In this document: positions 18,039 to 28,184 of the stretch, one piece after another
How positions within the stretch are numbered: position 1 is the stretch's first letter
Layout of the letters: every line of letters begins with the position of its first letter
Assembly: GCA_035285125.1 (NCBI GenBank)
Contig: JAYKHR010000155.1
Coordinates: 32,001 to 96,000, forward strand
Length of the DNA stretch: 64,000 nt
Reading direction: 5' to 3'
Source: Candidatus Sericytochromatia bacterium
GTDB taxonomy: Bacteria; Cyanobacteriota; Sericytochromatia; S15B-MN24; JAQBPE01
Position numbers and translations under genes: made by a program
The notes under the pieces: model-generated
The model's input: the letters and a program-made list of their open reading frames with translations, nothing else
What the model was told of the DNA's origin: nothing
The model's database searches: none

Positions 18039-19406
18039 TCAGAAGGTCGTCTTGCCCGTGAACCTCAGCCGGCCGACGCGCAGGGCCGGGGCACGGCTGG
18101 CGCCGCCGTACCAGTTCAGGTTCAGCTTCTGAGCCGCGCCGACGGCCTCCACGTCGCGCAGCACGTCGAGCCAGGCGTGGGTGAAGCGCATGTTGCGCAG
18201 GGGGCGTACCAGCCGGCCGTTCTCCACCCAGAAGGTCCCATCACGGGTCATGCCCGTGAGCAGCGTGCGGCGGGCGTCCAGCTGGTTCACGTAGTGAAAC
18301 CTCGTCACGTAGACGCCGCGTTCCATCCCGGCCAGGAGCTGGTCGTGGGTGGCTTGCCCCGGCTGCATCGCGAGGTGGGCGGCGAGCGGCCCTGACTTCC
18401 AGAAGGCGCCCCCGCCGAAGTGGTGCCCCGTCGAGCACAGGCCCTCCCGGGCCGCGGCGCGGCGGTCGTAGACGGGAGCCCCCGCGACACCGGCATCGAA
18501 CAGCACGCGTCGCGTCGCGGGCACGCCCTCATGATCGAAGGGCGAGGCGAGGCCGGCCGGGTCCCGCGGGTCGTCCACCACCGAGATGGCCGGGTGCACG
18601 AGGCGCTCCCCCAGGCGACCTGAGAGGAAGGAGCGTCCCTCGCGCACGTCCTCGGCCCCGAAGGCCCGCCCCATGTAACCGAGCAACTCCACCACGGCGT
18701 AGGGCTCTAGCAACACAGGGTACTCGCCCGGCTCGAGGTCCTGGGGCCGCCGCGACCGCTCGGCCTTCTCCACGGCCTCGGCCCCCAGGGCCTCCCCGTC
18801 GATCCGCCGGGCGTCGGCGTGGGTGTCAGCCGCCCAGCCGCTGGAGTCGTCGCTCATGACCACGGTGTCGAGGTGGGCGAAGGTGCCCGCGTGGTGGGCC
18901 CACAGCCCCTCGGAGGTGGCAATGGCGCGCTGGCGAAGGCCCGTCTGAAAGGCGCCCGCGGCCACGAGGTCGCGCGCCCGGGCCTGGCGGCAGACGTGGC
19001 CGACGGCCGCCGCCCGGTCGACGGCCTCACAGCCGAGCGTCCCGGCATCGAGCGCCTCGGGGATGGGGGAAAAGGCCTGGGGCCCCGTGAACCCGGGGAA
19101 CTCCGCGTCGGCAGGCTGCAGCAGGGCCAGCGCCTCGGCATCCCGCAACGCGGCGGTGAGCGCCTCGGGCGAGGTGTCGTTGGTGGAGGCCTCCCCGACG
19201 CGCTGGCCGAACGCCACGCGGACGCGCACCTGCATGTCGTGCTCCGCCACGTTCTGGTGCACCTGGTTGTTCGCGAAACGCGTGAGGTGGCTGGTGTGCC
19301 CCGTCAGCACGACCTCCGTCGCCTCGGCCCGGCTGGCCTGCAGCACGTGGTCGGCGATCGCCCTCAGGGCGGCCTCGTCCTGGAGGCGGTGGGTGGTGGT
19401 GTGCAT
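18039..19406 (-). CDS. pmbA: TldD/PmbA family protein (PmbA/TldE-like subunit)
   Basis: ATG 19406 after AGGAG; TRFANNQVHQN, PGEYPVLLEP, FDHEGVP, TGMTRDGTFWVENG; no HExxxH. Confidence 0.85.
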   Translation of the reverse strand: MHTTTHRLQDEAALRAIADHVLQASRAEATEVVLTGHTSHLTRFANNQVHQNVAEHDMQVRVRVAFGQRVGEASTNDTSPEALTAALRDAEALALLQPADAEFPGFTGPQAFSPIPEALDAGTLGCEAVDRAAAVGHVCRQARARDLVAAGAFQTGLRQRAIATSEGLWAHHAGTFAHLDTVVMSDDSSGWAADTHADARRIDGEALGAEAVEKAERSRRPQDLEPGEYPVLLEPYAVVELLGYMGRAFGAEDVREGRSFLSGRLGERLVHPAISVVDDPRDPAGLASPFDHEGVPATRRVLFDAGVAGAPVYDRRAAAREGLCSTGHHFGGGAFWKSGPLAAHLAMQPGQATHDQLLAGMERGVYVTRFHYVNQLDARRTLLTGMTRDGTFWVENGRLVRPLRNMRFTHAWLDVLRDVEAVGAAQKLNLNWYGGASRAPALRVGRLRFTGKTTF

Positions 19407-19419
19407 GGGTGGCTTCTCC

Positions 19420-20895
19420 TCAGGCGTCAGAACGCGCCACGCCGACATGCACGCCCCGGAACCGGGCCGGGCTCGCGCCGTGGCCCACGTGGGCCACCTG
19501 GAGCGGCTGTCCCTTGCCACAGTTCGGCGTGCCCCAGATCTGCCAGGCCTCGGGGCCGCAGATGAAGTCGCAGCCGGCCCAGAAGCGAGGCGTGATGCCC
19601 GTGTAGGTGGGGTTTCTGAGCATCCGCCCCAGCTTGCCGCGCTTCACCTCCCACGCGATCTGGGCGCCGAACTGGAAGTTCACGCGCTTGTCGTCGATGC
19701 TCCAGCTGCGGTTGGTTTGCATGTAGATGCCGTCCTCGGTGTCGGCGAGGAGGTCCTCGAAGGAGCCGGCGCCGGGTTCCAGGTTCACGTTGGTCATCCG
19801 CACCATCGGGATGCGGCCCCAGCCGTCGGCGCGGGCCATGCCGCCACTCGGCAAACCAAGCCGCGCAGCCGTCTCCCGGCAGGACAGGAAGCCCTTGAAC
19901 CGCCCCTGCTCGATGATGGGGACGCGCTGCGCCGGCACGCCCTCGTCGTCCCAGCCAAAGGTGCCAAGGCCGCCAGGCAGCGTGGCATCGGCCGTGACGG
20001 TCACGATCGGGGCGGCATACTCGAAGCTGTCCCGCATCGCCGGCGCGAGGAAGCTGGTGCCCGCGTAGGCCGCCTCGTAGCCCATCACGCGGTCGAGCTC
20101 GATGGCGTGCCCGATGGACTCGTGGATCTGAAGCGCCAGCTGGGTGGGATCGAGGATCAGGGTGGTCTCCCCCGCGGGGCAGGGGGGCGCCGTCAGCAGG
20201 GCCACGGCCTCCTCGGCAATCCGGCGGGCGTTGCCCGGCAGGTCCGTCTCGCGCACGAGCTCGTAGCCCACCGTGGCCTGCTGACGGCCGAAGGAGTTGG
20301 GGTAGGAGCGCGTCTGCAGCTCGGAGGCGCCGACGGCCGTCGCCTCGATGCCACAGCCCGTCTCGGTGATCACCTGCTCGATGCGGCTGCCCTCGGTGCT
20401 CGCAAACAGCTTGTGCTCGCGCTGGGCGCCGATGGAGCCGCTCGTGACGCGCACGCCGGGCACGGCGCGCATCTCGGCCTCGGCGGCCATCAGCGTGGCG
20501 AGTTTTTCCTCCACCGGCACCGCGAAGGGGTCTTCCCGGAGCGGGGTCTCGTACCGCCCGACGAGGCGCAGCGGCTCCCCCAGCGACACGGGCACCAGCT
20601 GGCTGGGCCGGCTGGCTCGCGCGATCGCGATGGCCTCCGTCACCACCCGCTCGACCTCCGGCTCCGTGAGCCGCGAGGAGGAGGCGAAGCCCCAGGCACC
20701 ATCCACCAGCACGCGCACGCCGAAGCCCCGGCTGGTGTTCCGGGAGATGCCGCCCGGCCGGCCGTCTCGCGTGCAAACCGTCTCCAGCAGACGTTCCACG
20801 AGCCGGACATCCGCGTAGCTGGCGCCGGCCAGCTGGGCGCGGTTGAGGGCCAGCTCGGCGAGGGCCACGGGCAACACGGTGACGGCCAAGGGCAC
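19420..20895 (-). CDS. tldD: TldD family metalloprotease
   Basis: GTG 20895 after GAGAGG; YADVR, GFGVRVLVDGAWGFAS, HESIGHAIELD (HExxxH), WDDEGVP, RMTN, CGKGQP. Confidence 0.9.
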   Translation of the reverse strand: MPLAVTVLPVALAELALNRAQLAGASYADVRLVERLLETVCTRDGRPGGISRNTSRGFGVRVLVDGAWGFASSSRLTEPEVERVVTEAIAIARASRPSQLVPVSLGEPLRLVGRYETPLREDPFAVPVEEKLATLMAAEAEMRAVPGVRVTSGSIGAQREHKLFASTEGSRIEQVITETGCGIEATAVGASELQTRSYPNSFGRQQATVGYELVRETDLPGNARRIAEEAVALLTAPPCPAGETTLILDPTQLALQIHESIGHAIELDRVMGYEAAYAGTSFLAPAMRDSFEYAAPIVTVTADATLPGGLGTFGWDDEGVPAQRVPIIEQGRFKGFLSCRETAARLGLPSGGMARADGWGRIPMVRMTNVNLEPGAGSFEDLLADTEDGIYMQTNRSWSIDDKRVNFQFGAQIAWEVKRGKLGRMLRNPTYTGITPRFWAGCDFICGPEAWQIWGTPNCGKGQPLQVAHVGHGASPARFRGVHVGVARSDA

Positions 20896-21057
20896 GAGCG
20901 GGACCTCTCTGCGGGCGGTGGGCGTCCGAGGCGGGCGTGGCGCCCCGCCGGACGCTTCATTATAGCGGGTTGCCGCGTGGGCGGCGCGCATCGGACGGCC
21001 GGCAGCCTGGCTGGGTATGACATGGGAAGCTGCCCCCTCCTGCCCCGACCACGCCCC

Positions 21058-22593
21058 ATGCCCCACGCTCAGAGATGGATCGCCCTCGGCCCCGTGACGA
21101 CCCTGGTCGTCGTGCTGGCGTTGGGCTGCGTGCGCGAGGAAGCCACCACCCAGGTCCGGACCACGGGCACGTCGGGCAAGGCCTCGACGCCCAAGCCCGG
21201 GACGCCCCGTCCGACCCCCTCCACCAAGTTCGCCTCTCAACCCCCCGCCTCCACCACGCCGGCGTCGCCGGGTCCGTCCCCGTCGGCCAGCGCGCCACCC
21301 TCAACAGGGGCCTCACCGAGCGCCTCTCCGTCGACGCCTGCGGCCTCCGCCACCCCGTCCACCGGCCCGACGCCCACCCCGACGCCCAGCGAGACCGCCT
21401 CAGCCGCGCCGACGCCCACCCCGACGCCGACGCCCACCCCGACGCCCACGGCAACGCCGACGCCCGCCCCCTCAGCCAGCGTCGCCATCACCTACACCAC
21501 CGAGGCCTTCAAGGTCTCGGCCCTCGCGGGCGGACAGCCGAGCGGCGAACCCAGGTCCCTGCAGACGGGAGACAACGCCGCCATCGGGCTCAACCTGGAA
21601 GGCGTGGGCATGGCCGCGCGGGACCTGCCGTCCGTGTTCAGCTACTTCTCCGACGCCGCGAACGGCACCATCCGGAGCGTCAACAAGCTGCGGCAGGTGC
21701 TCTGGGAAGGGGTAGGCGACCCTGCCGCGGCCGATCCGCCAATCCGGAACCCCCGTGGCCTGGCCTACGACCCTGTCCGCAAGGTGCTGTACGTGGCCGA
21801 CAGCTTCAACCACCGGATCTTGCGGGTGGGCTACGACGGCAACACGGTGGGGCTGCAGCTCGCCTCCTTCGACGTCATCGCGGGCCGCAAGGACATGCCG
21901 GTGGAGGCCCCCTACCTGGACGGGGCCGGCGCGACGGCAAACCTGATGACGCCCCACGGCCTGCTGCTGGCCGAGCCGAACCTGTACTTCACGGACGCCG
22001 GCTACCACACCTTGCGCAAGATCGACCTGTCGAGCGCCACCTTCCCGGTGTCCTTCGTCGCCGGCGGCCAGAGCACCACGCCAGGCGCGGCCGTCGCGGG
22101 CGCCGTGGCGGCCGGCGAGGCCCGCTTCAACCTGCCGACGGCGCTCACCGCCACCGTGCGGGGCACCGACCCGCTGCTGGTCGTGGCCGACTCCTTCAAC
22201 CACTGCCTGCGCTCCGTCAACCCGCTAACGGGCGAGGTCAGCCTGCTCGCGGGCTCCGCCAGCGGCGTGACGGGCGCCGAGGACGGCAGCGCCACGGCCG
22301 CCCGCTTCAACCACCCCGTCGCGCTCGCCGGGGATGGCCGGGGCCGGGTCTTCGTCGGAGAGCGCAACAACCCACGCCTCCGCGTGCTCGGCGCCGACGG
22401 CGAGGTGCGCACGGCGCTGGGCGGCGCCGCGGCGGGTTACGTGAACGCCACGGGCGCGCCCGCGCGCTTCGGGGCCATCACGGGCATGGCCCAGCGGCTC
22501 GACGGCACGGGCAACCTGCTCGAGCTGTTCATCTATGACGCGGGCACGGCGGAGAACCTCCCCCGGCTGCGGCTGGTGGAGCCACAGCCCTGA
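21058..22593 (+). CDS. NHL-repeat beta-propeller lipoprotein with P/T/S-rich linker
   Basis: Lipobox LALGC; (PT)n linker; repeated NPRGLAYD..LYVADSFNHRI, ARFNLP, ARFNHPVALA NHL motifs. Confidence 0.85.
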   Translation: MPHAQRWIALGPVTTLVVVLALGCVREEATTQVRTTGTSGKASTPKPGTPRPTPSTKFASQPPASTTPASPGPSPSASAPPSTGASPSASPSTPAASATPSTGPTPTPTPSETASAAPTPTPTPTPTPTPTATPTPAPSASVAITYTTEAFKVSALAGGQPSGEPRSLQTGDNAAIGLNLEGVGMAARDLPSVFSYFSDAANGTIRSVNKLRQVLWEGVGDPAAADPPIRNPRGLAYDPVRKVLYVADSFNHRILRVGYDGNTVGLQLASFDVIAGRKDMPVEAPYLDGAGATANLMTPHGLLLAEPNLYFTDAGYHTLRKIDLSSATFPVSFVAGGQSTTPGAAVAGAVAAGEARFNLPTALTATVRGTDPLLVVADSFNHCLRSVNPLTGEVSLLAGSASGVTGAEDGSATAARFNHPVALAGDGRGRVFVGERNNPRLRVLGADGEVRTALGGAAAGYVNATGAPARFGAITGMAQRLDGTGNLLELFIYDAGTAENLPRLRLVEPQP

Positions 22594-22773
22594 GCGAGGG
22601 GCGCTGCCGGCCGCCCCGCTCACAGAGCAGATTGTCTTCAGGTTAAGCTGCCTCGCACCCCGGTTCCGGGCGATTCAAGGGGGCGGGCAGGGGTATCTGA
22701 TAGATAACCACCCACTCGGTGCCTTGCTGCGGGGCCCCCCGCCTTGCAGTTCAAGTTTTGAAAGGAGCCTCCC

Positions 22774-25059
22774 GTGACCGCCAAGTACCTCCGTCGATCC
22801 GGCCTCAGCCTGATGATTCTGGCCGTGGCCGCCTGTCAGGCCGGTGCCCCCACGAGCCCCCTGGAGGAGGAAGGGGCCGTCACCAAGCGGCCCGCGGCCG
22901 CCGCCAAGCAGGTGCCGCTCGAGCAACGGCTGCGCGACGCGGGCCTCGAGGCGGGCACCCTGACGCTGCAGGCCCAGCAGTTCCAGGTGCGCGACCAGGC
23001 CGGCAAGGGCATCCCCGGCGCCACCGTCGAGGTCGAGACCGAGTTGCTCACCACCGACGAGAACGGCGTGGTGAAGGTGGCCGGCCAGGTTCCCGAGGAC
23101 CCTGGCTTCCTCCTGGCGATCGTCCGGGCCCCGGGCATGGTGCCCGCCCGCGTCAAGCTGATCCCCGGTTTCTCCATCAAGCTGCACGCCGCAGACGGGC
23201 TGGTGCACCGCGTCTCGGCCGCTGCGGGCGGTCGCTTCGCGAGCTCGGACGGCAGCATCGAGGTCTCCTTCTCTCCCGACGCCCTGGACCGCGATGCCGA
23301 GGTTCGCGTGACGCGGATCTTCAACGCCGCCCCGGCGTCGCTGAAGGCCATCTCGCCCAGCTTCGACAGCATTGCCGACAAGCTCGCCGATCGCACCTCG
23401 CTCGGCCACTACCAGTACAGCCTCGACCTCGGGGGGGCCAAGATCCGGCCAGGCGCCTCCGTCCGCGTGGACTTCAAGGCTGAGCAGGCGCTCGCCGACT
23501 ACATCAAGCGGGGTGTGAAGCTCGACCCGAAGGGCTTCAAGCTGGCGGACCAGTTCTCGATCGGCGAGGATGGCCAGGTCCGCTTCGCGATGATGGTGCC
23601 CGCTCCGCCGCCGCCCCCCGAGTTCTCCGGGCCCGCAGCGGCTGCCTACGGCCTGCTCGCCGCCGTGTGCAGCCAGCCCAACGACCGCGAGGACTACACG
23701 GAGACGGTCTGCACCTCGCGGAGCGTCCAGAACTGCGTTGAGCGGTCCGACGGCACCGCGGCCGTGCATGACTCTGCCATTAACAACGGCCACTGCTACT
23801 ACACGTGGCAGGACTGCAGCAACATCACCATCACCGAGTGCACGCAGGTGCCCCGCACCCGCTACCACCAGTCTTCCAGCATCAACGCTCTCGTGCGCTA
23901 CGACTCCGACGACAGCCGCTACGCCGGCCGCGTCGCAAGCGGCGCTTACGTGACCTTCTCGCACTCGGGCACCCCGGTCCGCGCGGCGGGCACCGCAGCC
24001 TACACCGCCGGAGATGGATACGCCTGGGTGTACGGCGCCGCGGGCGCCTCCGGCTCGGCCACGGCCTCCATGCCCGGCGACGCGGGTTCGCGCGGCACGT
24101 CCGGCTACTACAGCGTGAACTGCAGCACCGTGAACCTCAGCATTGTGAAGCGAATGCCCCAGGTCACCTTCGCCTTCGACAACCAGGGCGCGGCGCTCAG
24201 CGGGAACTTCTCACTGTCCACCAGCCATGGGGCGCAGGCCCTGAGCGGGTTCGCCAACCAGGTGAAGGCCATCGCGATGCAGGGCGCCACGGTGGCGTCC
24301 GAGGCCTTCTCGATCGCCGTCGGCAACCAGGCCGTCGGCGCCGGGCAGATCGACTACGACGGCGCCTCCGGCACCATCGGCTGGAACCAGGCCAACACCT
24401 TCACGATGCGGACCTGGCACAACGCCCGGCTCGACGCGACGGCCAACTACGTCTCGAACGACAACAGCGTGCCGGCCGACCAGGCCCCGCCCACCCGGTG
24501 GGCCGGTCAGCCTGCCGCGGGGGTGAACTTCAACTTCGCGCACAACATCTCCGGCTCCCCCAACAAGCCGGCGGGGCGCGACGTGCTGGCGTTCACGGGC
24601 GTCACCTCCGCGTCGGCCTGGGGCCTGAACGGGGCCGCCAGCACCATCCGCGCCACCCGGGCAGCCAACAGCGTGTCGCTAACGGGCAGCCGGACCGGCT
24701 CGGTGGGCGGGGCACCCGTCGTCGTCGGCATCAACGCCAACCTCCCGACCGTCAACTTCTACGTCTCAGGTGACCTCGCTCAGAACTACATCATGCGCTA
24801 CACCCTGACGCCGGCGGGCGGCAGCCCGCGGGACCTGGAGATGCGCGTGCCTGCCAACATGCAGTTCCGCCTGCCCATCGAAGAAGCGGTCAACGACCCG
24901 AGGCAGCACACTTTCCAGATCTCGACCATCATCACCGAGGACGGCAACCACGCCATCGTGATGCCGGACGGCAGCCGCAACTACCCGGCCCTGACCGTGA
25001 ACCGCGGGGCTGACGACTACTCGATGAACCTCAAGTCCGAGCTCATCGCCGCCAAGTAG
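22774..25059 (+). CDS. Large hypothetical lipoprotein (prealbumin/ZU5-like N-terminal region, Cys-rich insert, beta-rich C-terminus)
   Basis: GTG after AAGGAG; lipobox VAAC; VRDQAGKGIPGATV..TTDENG (carboxypeptidase-regulatory-like); GG.F.S.DG.IEVSF.PDAL (ZU5-like); strong codon bias. Confidence 0.8.
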   Translation: MTAKYLRRSGLSLMILAVAACQAGAPTSPLEEEGAVTKRPAAAAKQVPLEQRLRDAGLEAGTLTLQAQQFQVRDQAGKGIPGATVEVETELLTTDENGVVKVAGQVPEDPGFLLAIVRAPGMVPARVKLIPGFSIKLHAADGLVHRVSAAAGGRFASSDGSIEVSFSPDALDRDAEVRVTRIFNAAPASLKAISPSFDSIADKLADRTSLGHYQYSLDLGGAKIRPGASVRVDFKAEQALADYIKRGVKLDPKGFKLADQFSIGEDGQVRFAMMVPAPPPPPEFSGPAAAAYGLLAAVCSQPNDREDYTETVCTSRSVQNCVERSDGTAAVHDSAINNGHCYYTWQDCSNITITECTQVPRTRYHQSSSINALVRYDSDDSRYAGRVASGAYVTFSHSGTPVRAAGTAAYTAGDGYAWVYGAAGASGSATASMPGDAGSRGTSGYYSVNCSTVNLSIVKRMPQVTFAFDNQGAALSGNFSLSTSHGAQALSGFANQVKAIAMQGATVASEAFSIAVGNQAVGAGQIDYDGASGTIGWNQANTFTMRTWHNARLDATANYVSNDNSVPADQAPPTRWAGQPAAGVNFNFAHNISGSPNKPAGRDVLAFTGVTSASAWGLNGAASTIRATRAANSVSLTGSRTGSVGGAPVVVGINANLPTVNFYVSGDLAQNYIMRYTLTPAGGSPRDLEMRVPANMQFRLPIEEAVNDPRQHTFQISTIITEDGNHAIVMPDGSRNYPALTVNRGADDYSMNLKSELIAAK

Positions 25060-25082
25060 GCGCCCGGTCTGCTCCAACCGCA

Positions 25083-25110
25083 AGTCCCCCTGCCCTCGGG
25101 CGGGGGGACT
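25083..25110. terminator. GC hairpin between convergent genes, possible terminator
   Basis: AGTCCCCCTGCC-ctcg-GGCGGGGGGACT; no clear U-tract. Confidence 0.45.
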
Positions 25111-25165
25111 CTGCCATCAGGACGTAGCCGCCATGAGGGGCGCTTGGCCGCCTCCACCGGGGCGG

Positions 25166-25933
25166 TCAGGCGGGCAAGCCGAACAGCCGGCGGGCGTTCT
25201 CGCTCGTGCGCGCGACGAGGTCGGCAGCCGACAGCCCGTGCAGGTCCGCCAGCTTCTCCGCCACGTGCACCACGTGGGCGGGTTCGTTGCGCCGGCCCCG
25301 GTGCGGCACCGGCGCGAGGTAGGGTGAGTCCGTCTCGATGAGCAGGCGGTCGAGCGGCACGCTGGCCGCAGCCGCCTGGAGGTGGTGGGCCGTCTTGAAG
25401 GTGACGGGCCCTGCGAACGAGACGTACATCCCCACGGCGACGCACGCCGCAGCAAACTCCGCCGAGCCCGAGAAGCAATGCATCACGCCGCCCACGCGGC
25501 GGTCGAGGCAGCTTGTCAGCACGCCCAGCACGGCCTCGTGGCTGTCCCGGTCATGGACGATGATGGGCTTGCCGAGCTCGGCCGCCAGCCGCACCTGGGC
25601 CTCGAAGGCCACCTGCTGCTGCGCCCGGGGAGGCTCGGGGTAGTAGTAGTCCAGCCCGATCTCGCCGATCGCCACCACGCGCGGGTGGGACGCCCAGCCC
25701 CGCAGCAGCGGCAGCGCCTCGTCCGACCAGCTTGCGGCCTCGTGGGGGTGGACGCCGACGCCCACCCAGACGTCCGGCTGCGCGTCTGCCAGGGCCAGCA
25801 CGCGCGGCATGTCGGCGAGCGAGATGCCGGGCACGATCATGGCCTCGATCCCGGCTGCCCGCGCCCGCGCGAGCACCTCGTCGCGGTCGGGGTCGAACTG
25901 CGGCACGTCCAGGTGGCAGTGCGTGTCGATCAC
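25166..25933 (-). CDS. tatD: TatD family hydrolase/DNase
   Basis: IDTHCHLD, GVHPH, AIGEIGLDY, VHDR, HCFSG, LIETDSPYLAP..RG.RNEP. Confidence 0.95.
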   Translation of the reverse strand: MIDTHCHLDVPQFDPDRDEVLARARAAGIEAMIVPGISLADMPRVLALADAQPDVWVGVGVHPHEAASWSDEALPLLRGWASHPRVVAIGEIGLDYYYPEPPRAQQQVAFEAQVRLAAELGKPIIVHDRDSHEAVLGVLTSCLDRRVGGVMHCFSGSAEFAAACVAVGMYVSFAGPVTFKTAHHLQAAAASVPLDRLLIETDSPYLAPVPHRGRRNEPAHVVHVAEKLADLHGLSAADLVARTSENARRLFGLPA

Positions 25934-27477
25934 TTCTTCTTGGCCCCGGCCTCAGCCAGCTCGTCCTCGATGCGCGGGTACACGGGGCCCGTCTTGTTCG
26001 TCTGGGTGCCTGCGCGCAGCCCGCCCCAGGCCAGGTCGCCCCAGCGCTGCTCACCAAGCGGAGCGCCCGGGTTCAGCTGCACCCAGAGCTTCTCGGCCAG
26101 CTGCGGAATGAAGGGCGAGACGAGGATCGTGACGGCGCGAAGCGCCTCCAGCACGCCGTACAGCACGCCCCCCAGCTTCTCCGTCTCGCCAGCCTTGGCG
26201 AGGGCCCAGGGCGCCTGCGTGTCGATGTACTTGTTCACCGCATCGATCAGGCCCCAGATGGCCTCGAGCGCCTCCTGGATCTCGTAGCGCGCCATGTGGG
26301 CCTCGGCCCGGCTGGCAACGGCTTCCACCCGCTCGGCCAGCTCCCGCGTGAGTTCGGGGACGTCGGCAGGGACCTCGCCGGCGAAGTTCTTCTCCAGCAT
26401 CCCCAGCGTGCGGTTGAGGGCGTTCCCGAGGTTGTTCGCCAGGTCCGCGTTGACGCGCAGCTTGAAGGCGTCGAAGGTGTAGCTGCCGTCGCGCCCGTAG
26501 GTGATCTCGCGCATCAGGTAGTAGCGCAGGGCGTCGGCCCCGAACTGCTCGGCGAGGGCGTTGGGCTCGACCACGTTGCCGAGCGACTTGCTCATCTTCT
26601 GCTCGCCGATGTGCACCCAGCCGTGCCCGTGGACCGTCCGGGGCAGCGGCAGGCCCAGGGCCATCAGGATGGTCGGCCAGATGATGCAGTGGAACTTCAT
26701 GATGTCCTTGCCGACGACGTGGACGGAAGCCGGCCAGTACCGCTGGAAGGTGGCATCGTCCGTGCCCCAGCCGATGCCCGTCAGGTAGTTCAGCAGGGCG
26801 TCGATCCAGACGTAGATGACCTGGCCCTCATCCCCGGGCACCGGGATGCCCCACGTCACCTTCTGGCGCGAGACCGACACGTCGGGGAAGGTGTCGAGCA
26901 GGTTGAGCACCTCGTTGCGGCGGCTCTCTGGCTGGATGAACTCGGGGTTGGCCTCGATGTGGGCGCGGATCCGGTCGCGGTAGCGCGACACGGCGAGCAC
27001 GTAGTTCTCCTCTTCGAAGGGCTGCGGCGGCGCATCGTGCTGCGGACACTTGCCCTCGACGAGGTCCCGCTCGTTCTTGAACTCCTCGCAGCCGGCGCAG
27101 TAGAGCCCCTCGTAACGGGCCTTCTGGACGTCGCCCTGCGCCACGAGCTGGGCGAAGGCCCGCTGCACGGCGGCCTCGTGGAAGTCATCCGTCGTCCGGA
27201 TGAAGCGGTCATAGGCCACGCCCAGGTTCGCCCACGTGCTGACGAAGCGCGGGGAGATGCGCCCCACGAACTCACGGGGCGTGACGCCCTCCGCGGCGGC
27301 GGCCTTCTCGATCTTCACGCCGTGCTCGTCGACGCCCGTCAGGTAGAAGACGTCGTCGCCCAGCAGGCGGTGCCAGCGGGCGAGCACGTCGGCGGCGATC
27401 TTCTCGTAGGCATGGCCGAGGTGCGGGGGCGCGTTCGTGTAGTCGATGGCGGTGGTGATGTAGTACGGACGCGGCAT
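25930..27477 (-). CDS. metG: Methionyl-tRNA synthetase (short form)
   Basis: YITTAIDY, HLGH (HIGH), TGVDEHG, CAGC..CPQH knuckle, YVWIDAL, GKDI, KMSKS. Confidence 0.97.
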   Translation of the reverse strand: MPRPYYITTAIDYTNAPPHLGHAYEKIAADVLARWHRLLGDDVFYLTGVDEHGVKIEKAAAAEGVTPREFVGRISPRFVSTWANLGVAYDRFIRTTDDFHEAAVQRAFAQLVAQGDVQKARYEGLYCAGCEEFKNERDLVEGKCPQHDAPPQPFEEENYVLAVSRYRDRIRAHIEANPEFIQPESRRNEVLNLLDTFPDVSVSRQKVTWGIPVPGDEGQVIYVWIDALLNYLTGIGWGTDDATFQRYWPASVHVVGKDIMKFHCIIWPTILMALGLPLPRTVHGHGWVHIGEQKMSKSLGNVVEPNALAEQFGADALRYYLMREITYGRDGSYTFDAFKLRVNADLANNLGNALNRTLGMLEKNFAGEVPADVPELTRELAERVEAVASRAEAHMARYEIQEALEAIWGLIDAVNKYIDTQAPWALAKAGETEKLGGVLYGVLEALRAVTILVSPFIPQLAEKLWVQLNPGAPLGEQRWGDLAWGGLRAGTQTNKTGPVYPRIEDELAEAGAKKK

Positions 27478-27619
27478 GGCACGGGCTCCTCACGCGATCG
27501 GGGACTCCAAGCTACCAAATCACAGGGGGGAAGGCAAACCCGCGCCTGCCCGGCAACCAAGCGTGCCTGGGGTATCATGGACGGGCGGGGCAGACGCCCC
27601 ACGCCAGTGAGGGGACGTC

Positions 27620-28150
27620 GTGCGGTTGCCACTCCATCGGGACAGGGACGGCCGGGTGGTCTACGACTACCCCTGCCTGCTGGTGGTCGACCCGCTCTCC
27701 GACCAGGGGCGGCTGTACGCCGACGCGGAGGCCGCCGCGGCAGAGTTCCAGCACGACGACCTCATGGCGGGCGTGACGCCCGAGACCGTCACGGCCATGC
27801 TGGCCGGCCGAGGCTGGCGGCTGCACTTCCTGCGATCGGACGCCGACCTCGCAGACGAGGTGCGGCGCCACCTGGCGCTCTCGGAGGGGGAGCTGCAAGA
27901 GACGCTGGCAGCCCGGTGGCTCCAGCAGGACTTTGCCTTCCCCGGCGCGGAGCATGTCGTCTGGGAGCGCACGACGACGCGGCTGTACACGGACGGCGAG
28001 CGCGTCGTGTGCGAGGGGCACGTCATCGCGCTGACCCCCGACGCCCCGGCAGAGGCCACGGCCAGCGTGGCTGCCTGGCTGGACGCGTTCGCGACCGACG
28101 TGGCCCGCGAGTTGCGGGCGCCGCTGGCGTTCGTGCCGCCGAGGGGCTGA
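27620..28150 (+). CDS. Hypothetical protein
   Basis: 176-aa ORF with good codon bias, GAGGGG upstream and a TATCAT -10-like element; no family recognised. Confidence 0.6.
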   Translation: MRLPLHRDRDGRVVYDYPCLLVVDPLSDQGRLYADAEAAAAEFQHDDLMAGVTPETVTAMLAGRGWRLHFLRSDADLADEVRRHLALSEGELQETLAARWLQQDFAFPGAEHVVWERTTTRLYTDGERVVCEGHVIALTPDAPAEATASVAAWLDAFATDVARELRAPLAFVPPRG

Positions 28151-28184
28151 AAGGAGAAGGCCCCGGCAAGGCCGGGGCGTGAAG

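Noticed and set aside
19063..21057. Apparent 1176-aa protein, and similar N-terminal extensions of ORFs starting at 15116, 29443 and 33848
   Set aside because: The extensions overlap real genes (tldD/pmbA, murI, helicase); signal peptides and motifs mark later true starts.
21361..21470. Tandem CCGACGCCCACC-like repeats
   Set aside because: They encode the (PT)n linker of the NHL lipoprotein; there are no spacers or cas genes, so this is not CRISPR.
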